A stretch of DNA of 59,917 bases from a virus (taxonomy: Duplodnaviria > Caudoviricetes): IMG/VR virus record IMGVR_UViG_3300026097_000024, positions 1 through 59,917 of that record; one strand, given 5' to 3'. Shown here in pieces: positions 41,201-47,509 of this stretch. Position 1 is the stretch's first letter. The number at the start of each line of letters is the position of its first letter. The notes beneath the pieces were generated by a model. The model saw only the letters and a program-made list of their open reading frames with translations. It was not told the DNA's origin and made no database searches. A program made the translations under genes and the position numbers.

Positions 41201-41377
41201 GAATATACGGTGGAAAATAATATTCTTACATTGTTAGAGTCCCCAGGTGTAAATCAAAAAGTAATGGTTGTGCGCAAAATTGGAAAACTGTGGACAGATC
41301 CTGGAACACCTCTTAGCGACGCAGACACAGACATTGGAAGATTTTTAAGAGCAAAAACAGTTGAATTACCTCGATAA
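26228..41377 (+). CDS. Giant multidomain baseplate/virion protein (in the gp7 position), 5049 aa
   Basis: Uninterrupted 15.15-kb ORF after gp6; N-terminal HLPRYFRT; contains FG-GAP-like, G.GY...P.V and F.GDG.T..F repeats. Confidence 0.8.
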   Translation: MAYENDQNEFPLPANGDSNRRSEKHLPRYFRTQVNSKFLSSTFDQLIQPGVAEKINSYIGREVAKAYQQDDTYLTDVSIDRKNYQLEPASVITDELGNVEFYKDYNDYINQIKNFNGNTVDHSRLNEQEYYAWNPHIDWDKFTNFREYYWLPNGPQTVNIVGQNTDIVSTYTVRLSDNLDNYGYVFTPDGLTQNPTLKLYRGVKYRFDINTPGLPITFKTKRTLDEDFLIDEGISIQSVENGVIEIEFSSEVPNNIYYVAENDINASGLIKVANIEEASFIDVESEIIGKKTYTSSTGVALSNGMKIKFQGEVVPAIYQNTEWYVEGVGDKIQLINESSLNVASVFASTLPIEFDTEGFDRSPFDEAIGFPAAKDYFVINRASKDGNLWSRYNRWFHRSVIEKSAEINNQQISIDQSQRAKRPIIEFDAGLKLANFGTFAKTDVDLVDNFTIDIFSTIEGSAGYNIDGVDITDGMRILFTADTDILVRNRIFEVQFITFASGSIDNRQITLVDVTDTHPVENETVLVRQGNTFGGTILHYNDNKWILSQSKVSVNQAPLFDVFDENGNSYLDSSFYQASTFTGTKVFSYKQGVGPVDSELGIPLSYRTIENVGDITFSFDLLQDSFSYQIENESFTKGTNIGFVRTYSNIDNFDTKSAWIKAEDLSSQPVIRQYVFDNTFTSFDIDVYDNSAEINDLWIKVYVNNELKFQDIDYTIQTTPNNNSTISFTNDLNIGDIIVIKTKSSAPKNNNGYYEIASNLEKNPLNNDLNEFTLGEVNDHVSSIVEETDSFNGLFPGVSNLRDAGPISKYGKKFIKHSSPLNLALYHMVDKEANIVKSLRYARREYGKFKRLFLQTANELGYDGPVKEHVDRILQEIVKDKTDSMPFYFSDMIPLGASKRITIEIEDADSQNFFGLSEIFDLSIPSRKAVQVYLNGVQLTHQKDYTFNSDGFVVLTASKQIGDIVDIYEYETTNGSYVPPTPTKLGLYPKYEPVLYNDNTYLESTNVIQGHDGSIIIAYNDFRDELLLELERRIYNNIKIDYDVNYIDIHEFRNGEYRNSGFNNTEINNAILADFVQWTQLIEEDYAENNSFERSNSFTWNYSSMTDSQGQSLPGFWRAVYKHAYDTDRPHTHPWEMLGFSIKPTWWDSQYGPAPYTSDNLLLWEDLEKGVIRNPGQRFLLDKKYQRPGLTSHLPVDNQGNLLSPAASGYAKNYITTNIDNSFEFGDESPVETAWRRSSEYPFAFITAWALTQPSKLFGAGFDRFRQVRNIAGELIYTPTQTHIRLEDLIFPNTENESEQRFTSGLVNYIAGYMTANITTPFENYQDKIKKIGNQIGFKLGGFTDKSKFNLILDSRTPLNQGNVFVPEENYKVFLNTSTPIDTINYSGVIIEKQPGGYVVRGYDQEQPVFKVYPTIALENDPVITVGGISESFVTWDSNKTYTIGQNVEYEGSYYRVAEQHTSSPSFDIDKFSKLPSLPLIGGRSAVFRRKFFENKVSEIPYGTLFRTVQDVVDFLLGYERYLETSGFIFDYFDEEDETVNDWKKSAKEFMFWTTQNWAAGSVISLSPGAKQIKLVSEYSTVDNIFDSFYGYTLYKADGKKLVEEFSSLSRQNPNEFILKPKNTADGIYAIKLPLVQKEHVVLLDNRTVFGDIIYDLEPGYRQERIRALGYRTADWDGSLNIPGFIYDDAPVTEWEPWKDYAIGDLVKHKEFYYAADNKIAGKESFDSSEWNRLPKEPAPVLLTNFDYKINQFADFYDLDSDNFDIEQQRFAQHLIGYQNRNYLANIINDDVSQYKFYQGFIQDKGTKNSLTKLFDVLGNTNKDSLEFYEEWAIKSGQYGAADGFDEVEFLLDEEKFRLTPQPIELVQTVSGEETDLIYRIRPFEVYQKPENYNHAPFPTVYINDGYTKNSGYVNPEDVQHVVSDYDAILNINFKDCKNNDYVWVGNEKLSWNVYKHSRTNLNIESLIQGESEFTIVLDSTPRDIQVGEILGVYDLITTEITPEDSTYQSITQTTAAIGNFYKVKDVIVNKIILETNEPIDDIEKCKGKISRFISARKADLSTANSYAESGLENNDIIWIDDAGNNQWTVLQKNSGFNELETISNHEGDSTDHDYAQTVSANNSNTVIAVGAPNNQNGKVYIYYRGSNSSNWKLTQTLEPSEVADPGQRYGESVSISPDGKYLVVGSPDASNVKTNYKQNYVTTNDYAAGDIVKFQEVLWQAVVDVEGAESNIQFGSFDGVAQSIERLNIGTSSSQKVNTILTGNYPFTNQTTDHLIIRAPEDMYEGSAIGDQIKLKWNLLTFANQDQTEIEARQPFDNEIAGINGAFLTDKHEIRFKIDAILYIDASTNVPNIGDRVEVENAFGTVEYTYLEGARLTIYLKDVNGQFPVADSLFTSEGDFVGEYERAAPAETIDTSDVYGGFWAITVPDYNVNTNTEDEGRGLVYVDFIPNNQADTNRFYYNILDFETSTINSENTINSYIQALSYQSPAGGAGGSTDAFLSDLFVVRAPKVLTDNLNIVSEGNQNNDEIDLHMPLLPRFYVDLSQPLDNNVEYFVILNGVRIDDPFFGTTLQTNPNAETSTIIGDGATTRIFFDDLGIEFAPTDLLQIQRSGTLVNVVSVNPFGTVLQDINLSYASFNRRHTIYDLWDGYINFDFTVFNPATGEPFEPRVGDTVVDVTTDAEAVVTFYQRNGSNVTIFVKAVTGNWSLGNQFGDNAEIKYLGTPGDPDPAYRNDQVMGQTQFTSLGFDSAGIGKLIVLSNVENIPVSNQSVIIDNEYWLYREGNVLGIPRSASIPSLDNNDWQRTFNIPATSTGTVSGLVKEGLYSVYIAEGSGRFSLVNDFSVPEKQNNFRLGAKVKLREFNDLYRLFVQATGDQNLTGNDEDFTSWGRIYFVNQGIDNFSNRWNWDFARNKRFIGQFVTSVSYVENDIVFHNGELYVATTNIAPGSFNANDWRLIPDEDRTEFVGYIPNDTDLVLGEDSSSILSATEDLLVFAKDFDTSENGEVLVVSNNNRTSAPNEVLIYRSFNGNYLKSQVIEAPNNFVGFGDVVSISSDGTVIAIGLPFDDTSKLDQGQVNIYQQVDGSFVQTQTLNSPNNESAEMFGRYLDFDNNTLIVTGKNADSSEITTFDTNTTIFDNGFTKYKNYDNDSGVVYVYERINNTLVYAQTLSYNDNAVDYFGRNITIKNNHIYVGLPRYQSELGRQGSLVDYSRNQNITVLEQIRNPKFTVNLEKIKKVILYDTKENELLTYLDYIDPIQGKIAGPAEQEISFKTYLDPATYTIGTIDLNVNNTNSWGPEQVGRVWWDLTNAKFINPYQGNVIFSANNWNTLFDSNTIDIYEWVESNILPNEWDEISDTEEGISRGISGKSRYGNLVYVQKQVYDEVAQSFSNKFYFWVKGKTTVPNVEWRTISIDNVAKLISDPASQGYRHVNFINENSFVLHNCDNFIKNKDVSLSVQYWTIDDQENNIHNQYQIVTEGLATSIPKRDIERKWFDSLIGYDEQFRNVPDPNLSIKQKYGILNRPRQSWFVNRFEALKQVIERVNTVLLQNLIIDDKDISPLLESDPPPSSLTNLYDTTVDTVADLDFVGVARAQRAVLTPVIENGKVTRVIIENAGRGYLVPPTVTIAGQGSDAVIETTIDSLGKIDSITILNQGFNYDSNTVLSVRRFTALVTNDETIQGKWALYERNSDTREWLRIESQSYSVPLYWEYADWYAKGLSEFTNIDYLIEESFQLQSLEDNIGDIVKISNIGTGGWLLLEKIDNQNTPDYTVNYKTVGRQNGTIQFKDSLFDNKVSLVGFDSISYDTKFFDAQPTIETRKILNAIKNNLLIDELSIEYNALFFASIRYVFAEQGYVDWAFKTSFVKAKHNVGDLREDITFNNDNLPSYEQYLNEVKPYKTKLREYLSSYEKIDNTQSVTTDFDLSPTYNEDLKQILPQIVRVENNNIIGTNADFETYPNRHWLENVGYEVTSIEIADGGSGYTFPPVITLEGGGGSGAEARALLGNNGVITSVVVTNSGQGYISAPSVQIEGTQTEDGTPARLSVVIGNGLVRSMHTALKFDRVSGIFQITKLAETETFTGSGSQYIFQLTWPMDLRNTTIEVVVDGNLALSSEYRYYNKKDTSKGYDRNFGTIEFTNPPRSDANISISYRKSIDLLSAQDRINLFYDPATGQYGKDLSQLMDGIDYGGVEVKSFEFSGISGWDTDDWYNGIWDTYDTTFDDEIFELDGSTLALDLAQPLALGVTYNIYKNNVRIDDPLFGTGNETNPNAQIPSFVGDGQVQTINLGDYDISANAGDIFVVRKIDSDGSFLPSPDTYDTIVQGGNLAYSTATGLNAEDINIDGDGFVTPTTSKGPEEIVPGQLLDTVDIQVYEQPTQGSSLITMRNYIGNGNNKTFNLGTMPLTEESLFVKVDYSIISKNDYVIDYDNNTVTFDTAPANDTRITILILGTSGNRVLDIDSFIGDGSTNDFLTNVRWREDINYFATANGKSLPSILVESDDAFEVSGNVVIRFAEPPAEDAEINFAIFEGDQQSYSTVVIDEFEADGSTTAFDLSQPLFGSSPGNFYTIVKVNDKVLNAGYNEIFEVSSLREYQLKLYQIPTGTVNAGEVEVYLNNEKLNFLQDWSFEGAGAFDPSVSLDTQAGSTIILSENIGLIGDKLRVFIISNGEYRFGYFEDSTTDDYESFVSTPGTLHLDDPYNHGDNITVYQFSNDIPQGIDRQNYDIIERTPLTFQSEDYYELRQLRTGLIPLRSETLDAQYVWVVKNGSLLNPSVDYDVTENRRYVKLVDQLNENDVIETIHFANVQLKNKFGWRQFKDMLNRTAYYRIDNTTENILTKELRWYDRTIILDRADNLPNPTSTLPGVVFINGERIEYFVKDGNELKQLRRGTLGTGVPEVHQVGSDVQDQSRNTIMPYRDETVTLIFDGDETTNTFELDFIPLRVDEFEVFVAGRRLRKNMIDSYQFEYTQNGEVVSAIAQDSPEGDVVLPPEYTVENNILTLLESPGVNQKVMVVRKIGKLWTDPGTPLSDADTDIGRFLRAKTVELPR

Positions 41378-41380
41378 ATA
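41373..41380 (+). promoter_or_regulatory. Late promoter GATAAATA
   Basis: Consensus match overlapping the stop codon of the giant gene. Confidence 0.55.
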
Positions 41381-41398
41381 CATTAGCAGGAAAACAAA

Positions 41399-42013
41399 AT
41401 GACAGATAGATTTAATGACATGAACGGCGTTTTATTACAAGGACACATTAAAATACATGATCCCAATTCTGGTGAAGTTTTAATAGATAAAAGAAACGCA
41501 ATTCATTATGAAAATATGAGTATTAGCCTTGCAGAAAGTCTAGGTAATGGAGGCCAAGGTTGGATCTATGAAATGGCGCTAGGAAATGGTGGAACTTCTG
41601 TTGATCCAACCGGCATCATAACCTATCTTACCCCGAATTCAACCGGAACAAATGCTAGTTTGTATAATCAAACTTTTTCTAAAGTTGTTGATGATAGATC
41701 TGTTAACAATGTAGACCCTGTTAGAAACAAAATAGAAACTCGACATGTAAGTGGTACAAATTACACAGATATATTAGTGACATGCTTGTTAGATTATGGT
41801 GAACCAGCAGGTCAAGATGCATTTGACAATGCCACTGATATTGATAGTTTATATGTTTTTGATGAACTAGGATTAAGATCTTACAGCGATGCTGGCACAG
41901 GTAGATTGTTAACACATGTTGTTTTTCATCCTGTGCAAAAATCGCTGAACAGATTAATACAAATTGATTATACTGTTAGGGTACAAAGTTTAACAGGTTT
42001 TAATGAGGGGTAA
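41399..42013 (+). CDS. Baseplate/fibre-attachment structural protein
   Basis: Beta-rich 204 aa with EMALGNGG, FDELGL and HPVQKSLNRLIQIDYTVRV; located between the baseplate and fibre genes. Confidence 0.6.
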   Translation: MTDRFNDMNGVLLQGHIKIHDPNSGEVLIDKRNAIHYENMSISLAESLGNGGQGWIYEMALGNGGTSVDPTGIITYLTPNSTGTNASLYNQTFSKVVDDRSVNNVDPVRNKIETRHVSGTNYTDILVTCLLDYGEPAGQDAFDNATDIDSLYVFDELGLRSYSDAGTGRLLTHVVFHPVQKSLNRLIQIDYTVRVQSLTGFNEG

Positions 42014-42017
42014 TTGA

Positions 42018-44048
42018 ATGGCATACGAAATATCATATACTGATCGAGCCAATAAAGGCACAATTACCATTGAAGATGGAGTTCTTAATCAGGAAACCAG
42101 TTTAAATATTCCAGGAAGAAATACAACCGCCTACGGAACAGCCATCGGCGAAAATTTTTTACATCTGTTAGAAAGTTTTGCAAATAACACAGAACCTGAT
42201 CGTCCAGTAGAAGGACAACTTTGGTACGATACATCCCTAGGTGCGGAACAATTAAAAGTCTATGATGGCACTAATTGGGTACCTGCCGGCGGGATTATAC
42301 GAGCAACAACAGAACCTGATGCAGTAAATAGTCAAATTGGGGATCTTTGGGCAGATACCGATAACCAACAACTATACTTATTCACAGGATCAGGATGGAT
42401 TCTAGTAGGTCCCCAATTCAGTGCGGGATTAGCAACAGGAGCAACGCCTACTAACATAATAGGCACTGACAATAATGAATACACTGCAATTATTGTTGAA
42501 GTATCGGCACAACCAGTTGCAATAATATCTAGCCAAACATTTACTCCTAAAACTACCATTCCGGGATTTACAACGATTAATCCAGGCATAAATTTGTCCA
42601 CACGAAATATTTCAGGCGACGGCGAACCGAAATACTATGGAACTGCACAAAAGGCAGAAAGCTTGATTGTAGCGGGCGAAACTGTCGATGCAGGTCAGTT
42701 TGTGAGAAAAGATGTTACAGGAACAACCTTATTTCCAATCAATATACAAAACAACCAAGGAATAAACTACGGTGTAAATGCAGAACTTAATATAGGTGTA
42801 GAAGGAACAGCTGGCATTATTCAGCATCAAATTGAAGGGTCTAATATTGATATTCGAGTACGCAATTCGGGTACAACACAAACTGTAATGCGAGTAGACT
42901 CTAGCCTAAGAGTAGGAATTAACAATGAAGCACCTGACGAAGCTTTAGATGTTACAGGTAATGTGCAAACTAGCGGAAAAATACTCCTTAATGACACTAC
43001 CGAAAGTAATACATTTGGTACAGGTAGTCTAATAGTCAAAGGCGGAGTAGGTATTGCTAAAAATTTAAATGTTGCAGGTGATGTTCAATTCACTAATTTA
43101 ACAACTACACAGAACATTGTGCCTGACACAAACAACACCCGCAGTTTAGGCACTGCATCTGCAAAATGGCGGGAAGTAAATGCTACAACTTTCAAAGGAA
43201 ATTTAGAAGGTAATGTAAGCGGCACGATTACAGGCAGAGCGGGTTCTGCTGATAAAATTACATCGGCAACTACTTTTAGAATGACAGGAGATGTTATCGC
43301 AGATGACTTTATCTTCGACGGACAAACCGGCGGAAGCACCAAGACTTTCACGACCACAATAAGTAACCAAATAATTGCAGCTAAAGATCCTGTTCTAAGT
43401 TCTCAAGTAGATGACGAAATTTTATTAAACAGGGTTTCAGGAAATACCGGATTATTTAAAATCAGTAGAAGAAATTTTTTGTCCGCGGTACCTACAAATC
43501 CACCCGGAGTAATATTGCCTTTTGGAGGTAACGCAGCTCCTTCTGGATGGCTACTTTGCGATGGTAGCCAGTACAGGATTGCAGATTATCAAGCTCTATT
43601 TGATATAATTGGATATAATTTTGGTGGGCGGTCTTCGTTGCCAACTGGCGTGTTTAAAGTACCAGATTTAAGAGGCAGGATGCCATTAGGAGCAGATAAT
43701 ATGGGAGGCACCAGTGCTAATACAAACACTGCACCTTCTGCAGATGTAATTGGCGCTACTGATGGATCAGAAACAAATAACATTCTTGTTGAGAATTTGC
43801 CAGAGCACAAACATAATCTAAGAGGCGACAGCGGAGATCAGTATTATGCAATTCGTGATGTAAGTGGTACACCTAATGACGATGAAGCAATTGTTTATGA
43901 TGCGCCTACAGCCACAGGAAATGGACAAGCTTTATCAGACAGCGGCGGCGTTATTACCGGCATAGGAGAAACACTTGGAACTCCTTTAAACATAATGAAT
44001 CCAACAGTGACTTTAAATTATATAATTTATACAGGTAGGAGTTCTTAA
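42018..44048 (+). CDS. Tail fibre with a phage tail-collar domain (short-fibre-like)
   Basis: C-terminal PPGVILPFGGNAAPSGWLLCDG...FKVPDLRGRMPLG, then ENLPEHKH and LNYIIY. Confidence 0.85.
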   Translation: MAYEISYTDRANKGTITIEDGVLNQETSLNIPGRNTTAYGTAIGENFLHLLESFANNTEPDRPVEGQLWYDTSLGAEQLKVYDGTNWVPAGGIIRATTEPDAVNSQIGDLWADTDNQQLYLFTGSGWILVGPQFSAGLATGATPTNIIGTDNNEYTAIIVEVSAQPVAIISSQTFTPKTTIPGFTTINPGINLSTRNISGDGEPKYYGTAQKAESLIVAGETVDAGQFVRKDVTGTTLFPINIQNNQGINYGVNAELNIGVEGTAGIIQHQIEGSNIDIRVRNSGTTQTVMRVDSSLRVGINNEAPDEALDVTGNVQTSGKILLNDTTESNTFGTGSLIVKGGVGIAKNLNVAGDVQFTNLTTTQNIVPDTNNTRSLGTASAKWREVNATTFKGNLEGNVSGTITGRAGSADKITSATTFRMTGDVIADDFIFDGQTGGSTKTFTTTISNQIIAAKDPVLSSQVDDEILLNRVSGNTGLFKISRRNFLSAVPTNPPGVILPFGGNAAPSGWLLCDGSQYRIADYQALFDIIGYNFGGRSSLPTGVFKVPDLRGRMPLGADNMGGTSANTNTAPSADVIGATDGSETNNILVENLPEHKHNLRGDSGDQYYAIRDVSGTPNDDEAIVYDAPTATGNGQALSDSGGVITGIGETLGTPLNIMNPTVTLNYIIYTGRSS

Positions 44049-45949
44049 TGACTTATAGACTAAACAAAACCAATGGAGATCTATTGGTAGATCTAGTAGA
44101 CGGGCAAATTGATAATTCTACCACGGACATAACCCTTGTAGGCAGAAATTATAAAGGTTTTGGTGAGTTTATTAATGAAAATTACATCAAACTACTAGAA
44201 AACTTTTCTAGTACAAGTGCTCCTAGTAATCCACTAGCAGGACAATTATGGTGGGACACCAGTGATCAACGATTAAAAATATACGATGGAGCGACATTCA
44301 AAGCCGCAGGCGGCCCTATAGTTAGCAATCAACAACCCCAAATGGTCGCAGGTGACTTATGGATAGATAACGAAAATAATAAACTGTATTTCTTTGACGG
44401 CACTGACTTGGTTTTAGTAGGCCCGGAATATAATGCTGCGCAAGGTAAGACAGGTTTTGAAGTAATTTCAGCAATTGATTCTACAAGTGTTGATCGAACA
44501 TTATTAATGCTCTACATAGGTGGAACGCTACAAGGAATTTTTGCAAATGCAACTTTTTATTTGCAACCACAGACTATTCCAGGATATCCTGCAGATCCAA
44601 ATGATACAGCGAGTCCAAACAGGCAATTGATACAGGAAGGTTTTAATCCTGTCAGTGCATCTGATTTTAATTTTAGAGGAATATCAGATTCCGCTAGAGC
44701 ATTAGTTGACGATGCAGGTTTAGAAAAAACAGCAGCTAATTTTATTCCATCTGATGCAAATGGTTTTACTACCGGCAGTCTCAAGGTACAAAATAGTGCA
44801 GGTCTAAGTGTCGGAGTAGGCGACACTGAATATGTTATATTAAAAGTAATTGGAAATACTAGCATTTTAGAAAATCAAATTTCTGAATCTGACATGCAAT
44901 TTAGAGTACGACTAGGTAACACCTTTTATCCTAGCATGTATGTAGATACTAGTGAATTAAAATTAGGAATATGGAATACTACTCCGTCTGCGGAATTAGA
45001 TGTTACAGGTGCAGGCAAGTTCAGCGGCGATTTAACTGTAGGCGGTAACTTGCTGGTACAAGGTAATGCAACATATTTGAATGTTTCGACTTTAACAGTA
45101 CAAGATAAAAATATAGAACTAGGACTTTTAGATGACAGCACAGAAGGAAATGATGCCGCTATAGACGGAGCAGGAATAATAGTAAGGTCTACTGACGGAA
45201 GTAAAGATTTTACCTGGGAGCAAACTACCGGTAATTGGACATCAAATCAAAACATTGATATATTGAGCGGCAGATCTTATAGAATATCCGACAACTTAGT
45301 TTTAGATTCTACAACACTAGGCCCAACTGTTACCAACAGTAGTTTAACTAGTTTGGGAGTTCTAACAGATTTAACAGTTGATGACCTATATATCGACGGA
45401 GCATCAATAGAAAGAATAAACGGCACCGGAATAAACATTGTAGCAAAAGGTGATATTTTAGTTGACAGTCAAAAAATTAACGGTGTAGTTACTCCCGATA
45501 GAGGAACAAGGCAGGGAGACTTTACATACAGTGGTGGCGATTCTGGTAATTATATTACAACCAAGTCATATGTTGACACTGCTTTAGAAAACGAGCCAAT
45601 TGTTATGGCTTTAGACACAACAGGGTTAAGTGTTCCTAGCGCCGGCAATCCGTACACTGATGTTGCAGGTATTTTAGAATCTTTATATCCTGCAATAGCT
45701 AAAGCAGGTTCCGTTGCAAAAGTACATTGTACATCTTATGCCGGCGCTACTGTTTCAGGTATTGATGTCCAATCCGCAATGACTAAAAGTTATATAAGTG
45801 TTGATAAAGACAACAATTTATCTAGTGAATCAGTTGTTCAAGATGTAAATTTTGCATCTGCTAGTGGTTCGGCGTCATTATCGCCAACTAGATCACTTAT
45901 GACATTTACTTCAAATGGCGGCTCCTGGGTTTGGCAAAACACAGTATGA
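44048..45949 (+). CDS. Tail fibre protein (paralog)
   Basis: Shares the N-terminal anchor domain with the flanking fibres; G/T/S-rich shaft repeats. Confidence 0.78.
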   Translation: MTYRLNKTNGDLLVDLVDGQIDNSTTDITLVGRNYKGFGEFINENYIKLLENFSSTSAPSNPLAGQLWWDTSDQRLKIYDGATFKAAGGPIVSNQQPQMVAGDLWIDNENNKLYFFDGTDLVLVGPEYNAAQGKTGFEVISAIDSTSVDRTLLMLYIGGTLQGIFANATFYLQPQTIPGYPADPNDTASPNRQLIQEGFNPVSASDFNFRGISDSARALVDDAGLEKTAANFIPSDANGFTTGSLKVQNSAGLSVGVGDTEYVILKVIGNTSILENQISESDMQFRVRLGNTFYPSMYVDTSELKLGIWNTTPSAELDVTGAGKFSGDLTVGGNLLVQGNATYLNVSTLTVQDKNIELGLLDDSTEGNDAAIDGAGIIVRSTDGSKDFTWEQTTGNWTSNQNIDILSGRSYRISDNLVLDSTTLGPTVTNSSLTSLGVLTDLTVDDLYIDGASIERINGTGINIVAKGDILVDSQKINGVVTPDRGTRQGDFTYSGGDSGNYITTKSYVDTALENEPIVMALDTTGLSVPSAGNPYTDVAGILESLYPAIAKAGSVAKVHCTSYAGATVSGIDVQSAMTKSYISVDKDNNLSSESVVQDVNFASASGSASLSPTRSLMTFTSNGGSWVWQNTV

Positions 45950-45959
45950 GCACATATAC

Positions 45960-45967
45960 GATAAATA
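45960..45967 (+). promoter_or_regulatory. Late promoter GATAAATA
   Basis: Intergenic consensus match upstream of the third fibre gene. Confidence 0.6.
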
Positions 45968-45990
45968 TAATATATTAGAGGGGTTCGCAA

Positions 45991-47478
45991 ATGGCGTATA
46001 CTATTGATAGATACAATAACACACTGTTAACGGTTGTAGAAGACGGAACAATCGATCAAACTACCGATCTAAAACTAGTAGGAAAAAACTATGCTGGATA
46101 CGGTGAAATTCAGAATGAAAATTTTGTATTTTTGTTAGAGAACTTTAATGGTGCTAATCCACCTCCTAAGGCAGTAAGCGGTCAAGTTTGGTTTGATAGT
46201 GGTACTAAAAAATTAAAATTCTATGACGGTAGTAAATTCCGTACAACAGGGGGTGCAGAAGTCAGTGATTCTATACCTAGCGGACTTACAGAAGGCGATT
46301 TTTGGTGGGATACTGCAAACGAGCAACTATATGCCTATAATGGTACAGATTTTATTCTTGTAGGACCGCAAGATGCAGGAGATGGTGTTACACAGATGCA
46401 ATCCCGCACTGTCCGCGACACTCAAGGCACAACAAGATCTGTAATTGTTTCTCTTGTTAACGATGAAATTATACATGTAATAAGCTCTCAGCAGTTTACA
46501 ATAGATAGTTCTGATGCAGAAAACGCTATTCCTGGGTTTGATGTAATAAGACAAGGTTTAACACTTAAGAATACAATTAACTCTACAGGCGGCGCAACTA
46601 GCACGAATCATCGTTTTTGGGGCACAGCGTCTAATGCGGATAAATTAGGCGGCATCAGCGCATCTAACTATGTGCAGTCAGGAAATGCAAGTTTTGCATC
46701 TTTAGTAAGTTTTGCTGACGCTGGAATAGCAGTCGGCGATTCGAACGATCTAAAAATCAAAATAGAAAACGATAATCAAGCAGTTATAGCAAATGAAGTA
46801 GGCACTTTGATAAGTTTTAGAGCAAAGGACGGCCTTGGCAACATAAAAAATTCGCTGAGAATTGAAGCAAACAGTGTAATTCCGGGATTGCAAGCAGACG
46901 GTGTAACTACAGAAGTAGTAACACTAGGGTCAGCTTCTAGACAGTTTAATAATGTTTTTGCAACTACATTTACAGGCACTGCGACAACAACCAACACTTT
47001 AAAGGTATCCGGAAACGAAAGATCAGGATCAACAAGCGCGACTGCAAATACAGTAGCAGTTAGAGATTCAAATGCAGATATTTTTGCTAATTTATTCAGA
47101 GGAACAGCAACCAGTGCTAGATATGCAGATTTAGCAGAAAAATACACAACTGATCAAGAATATGTTGTTGGTACTGTTATGGCAGTATGCAGTCACAACG
47201 ATCACGAAATGGAGTTAGCGAACGCATCTGATGTAGTAGCAGGTGTTATATCAGAAAATCCTGCTTATTTGATGAATGCAGAAGCAAACGGCCAACCAGT
47301 TGCACTTAAAGGACGAGTACCTGTGCGAGTGTATGGTCCAGTGGAAAAGGGTGACAAAGTTTTTGTAGAACAAGACGGTGTTGCAAGTGTATTAGGTAAT
47401 GGCGACCTAGTAGGTATAGCACTAGAAACTAATTTAACTCAAGAAGAAAAATCTGTAGAATGCTTCTTAAAGGTATAA
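45991..47478 (+). CDS. Tail fibre protein with a C-terminal intramolecular-chaperone-like domain
   Basis: Shared N-terminal anchor domain; C-terminal ARYADLAEKY...GVISENPAYLMN...VALKGRVPVRV.GPVEKGD resembles autocleaving chaperone (peptidase G2/S74-like) domains. Confidence 0.75.
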   Translation: MAYTIDRYNNTLLTVVEDGTIDQTTDLKLVGKNYAGYGEIQNENFVFLLENFNGANPPPKAVSGQVWFDSGTKKLKFYDGSKFRTTGGAEVSDSIPSGLTEGDFWWDTANEQLYAYNGTDFILVGPQDAGDGVTQMQSRTVRDTQGTTRSVIVSLVNDEIIHVISSQQFTIDSSDAENAIPGFDVIRQGLTLKNTINSTGGATSTNHRFWGTASNADKLGGISASNYVQSGNASFASLVSFADAGIAVGDSNDLKIKIENDNQAVIANEVGTLISFRAKDGLGNIKNSLRIEANSVIPGLQADGVTTEVVTLGSASRQFNNVFATTFTGTATTTNTLKVSGNERSGSTSATANTVAVRDSNADIFANLFRGTATSARYADLAEKYTTDQEYVVGTVMAVCSHNDHEMELANASDVVAGVISENPAYLMNAEANGQPVALKGRVPVRVYGPVEKGDKVFVEQDGVASVLGNGDLVGIALETNLTQEEKSVECFLKV

Positions 47479-47481
47479 ATA
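47474..47481 (+). promoter_or_regulatory. Late promoter TATAAATA
   Basis: Perfect consensus overlapping the upstream stop codon. Confidence 0.65.
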
Positions 47482-47509
47482 ACTGCGTATATAACTTGAG
47501 GTTAAAAAT

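Noticed and set aside
18439-47147. Numerous 60-123 aa minus-strand ORFs within the baseplate and fibre genes
   Set aside because: Antisense shadows of long coding genes with no independent signals.
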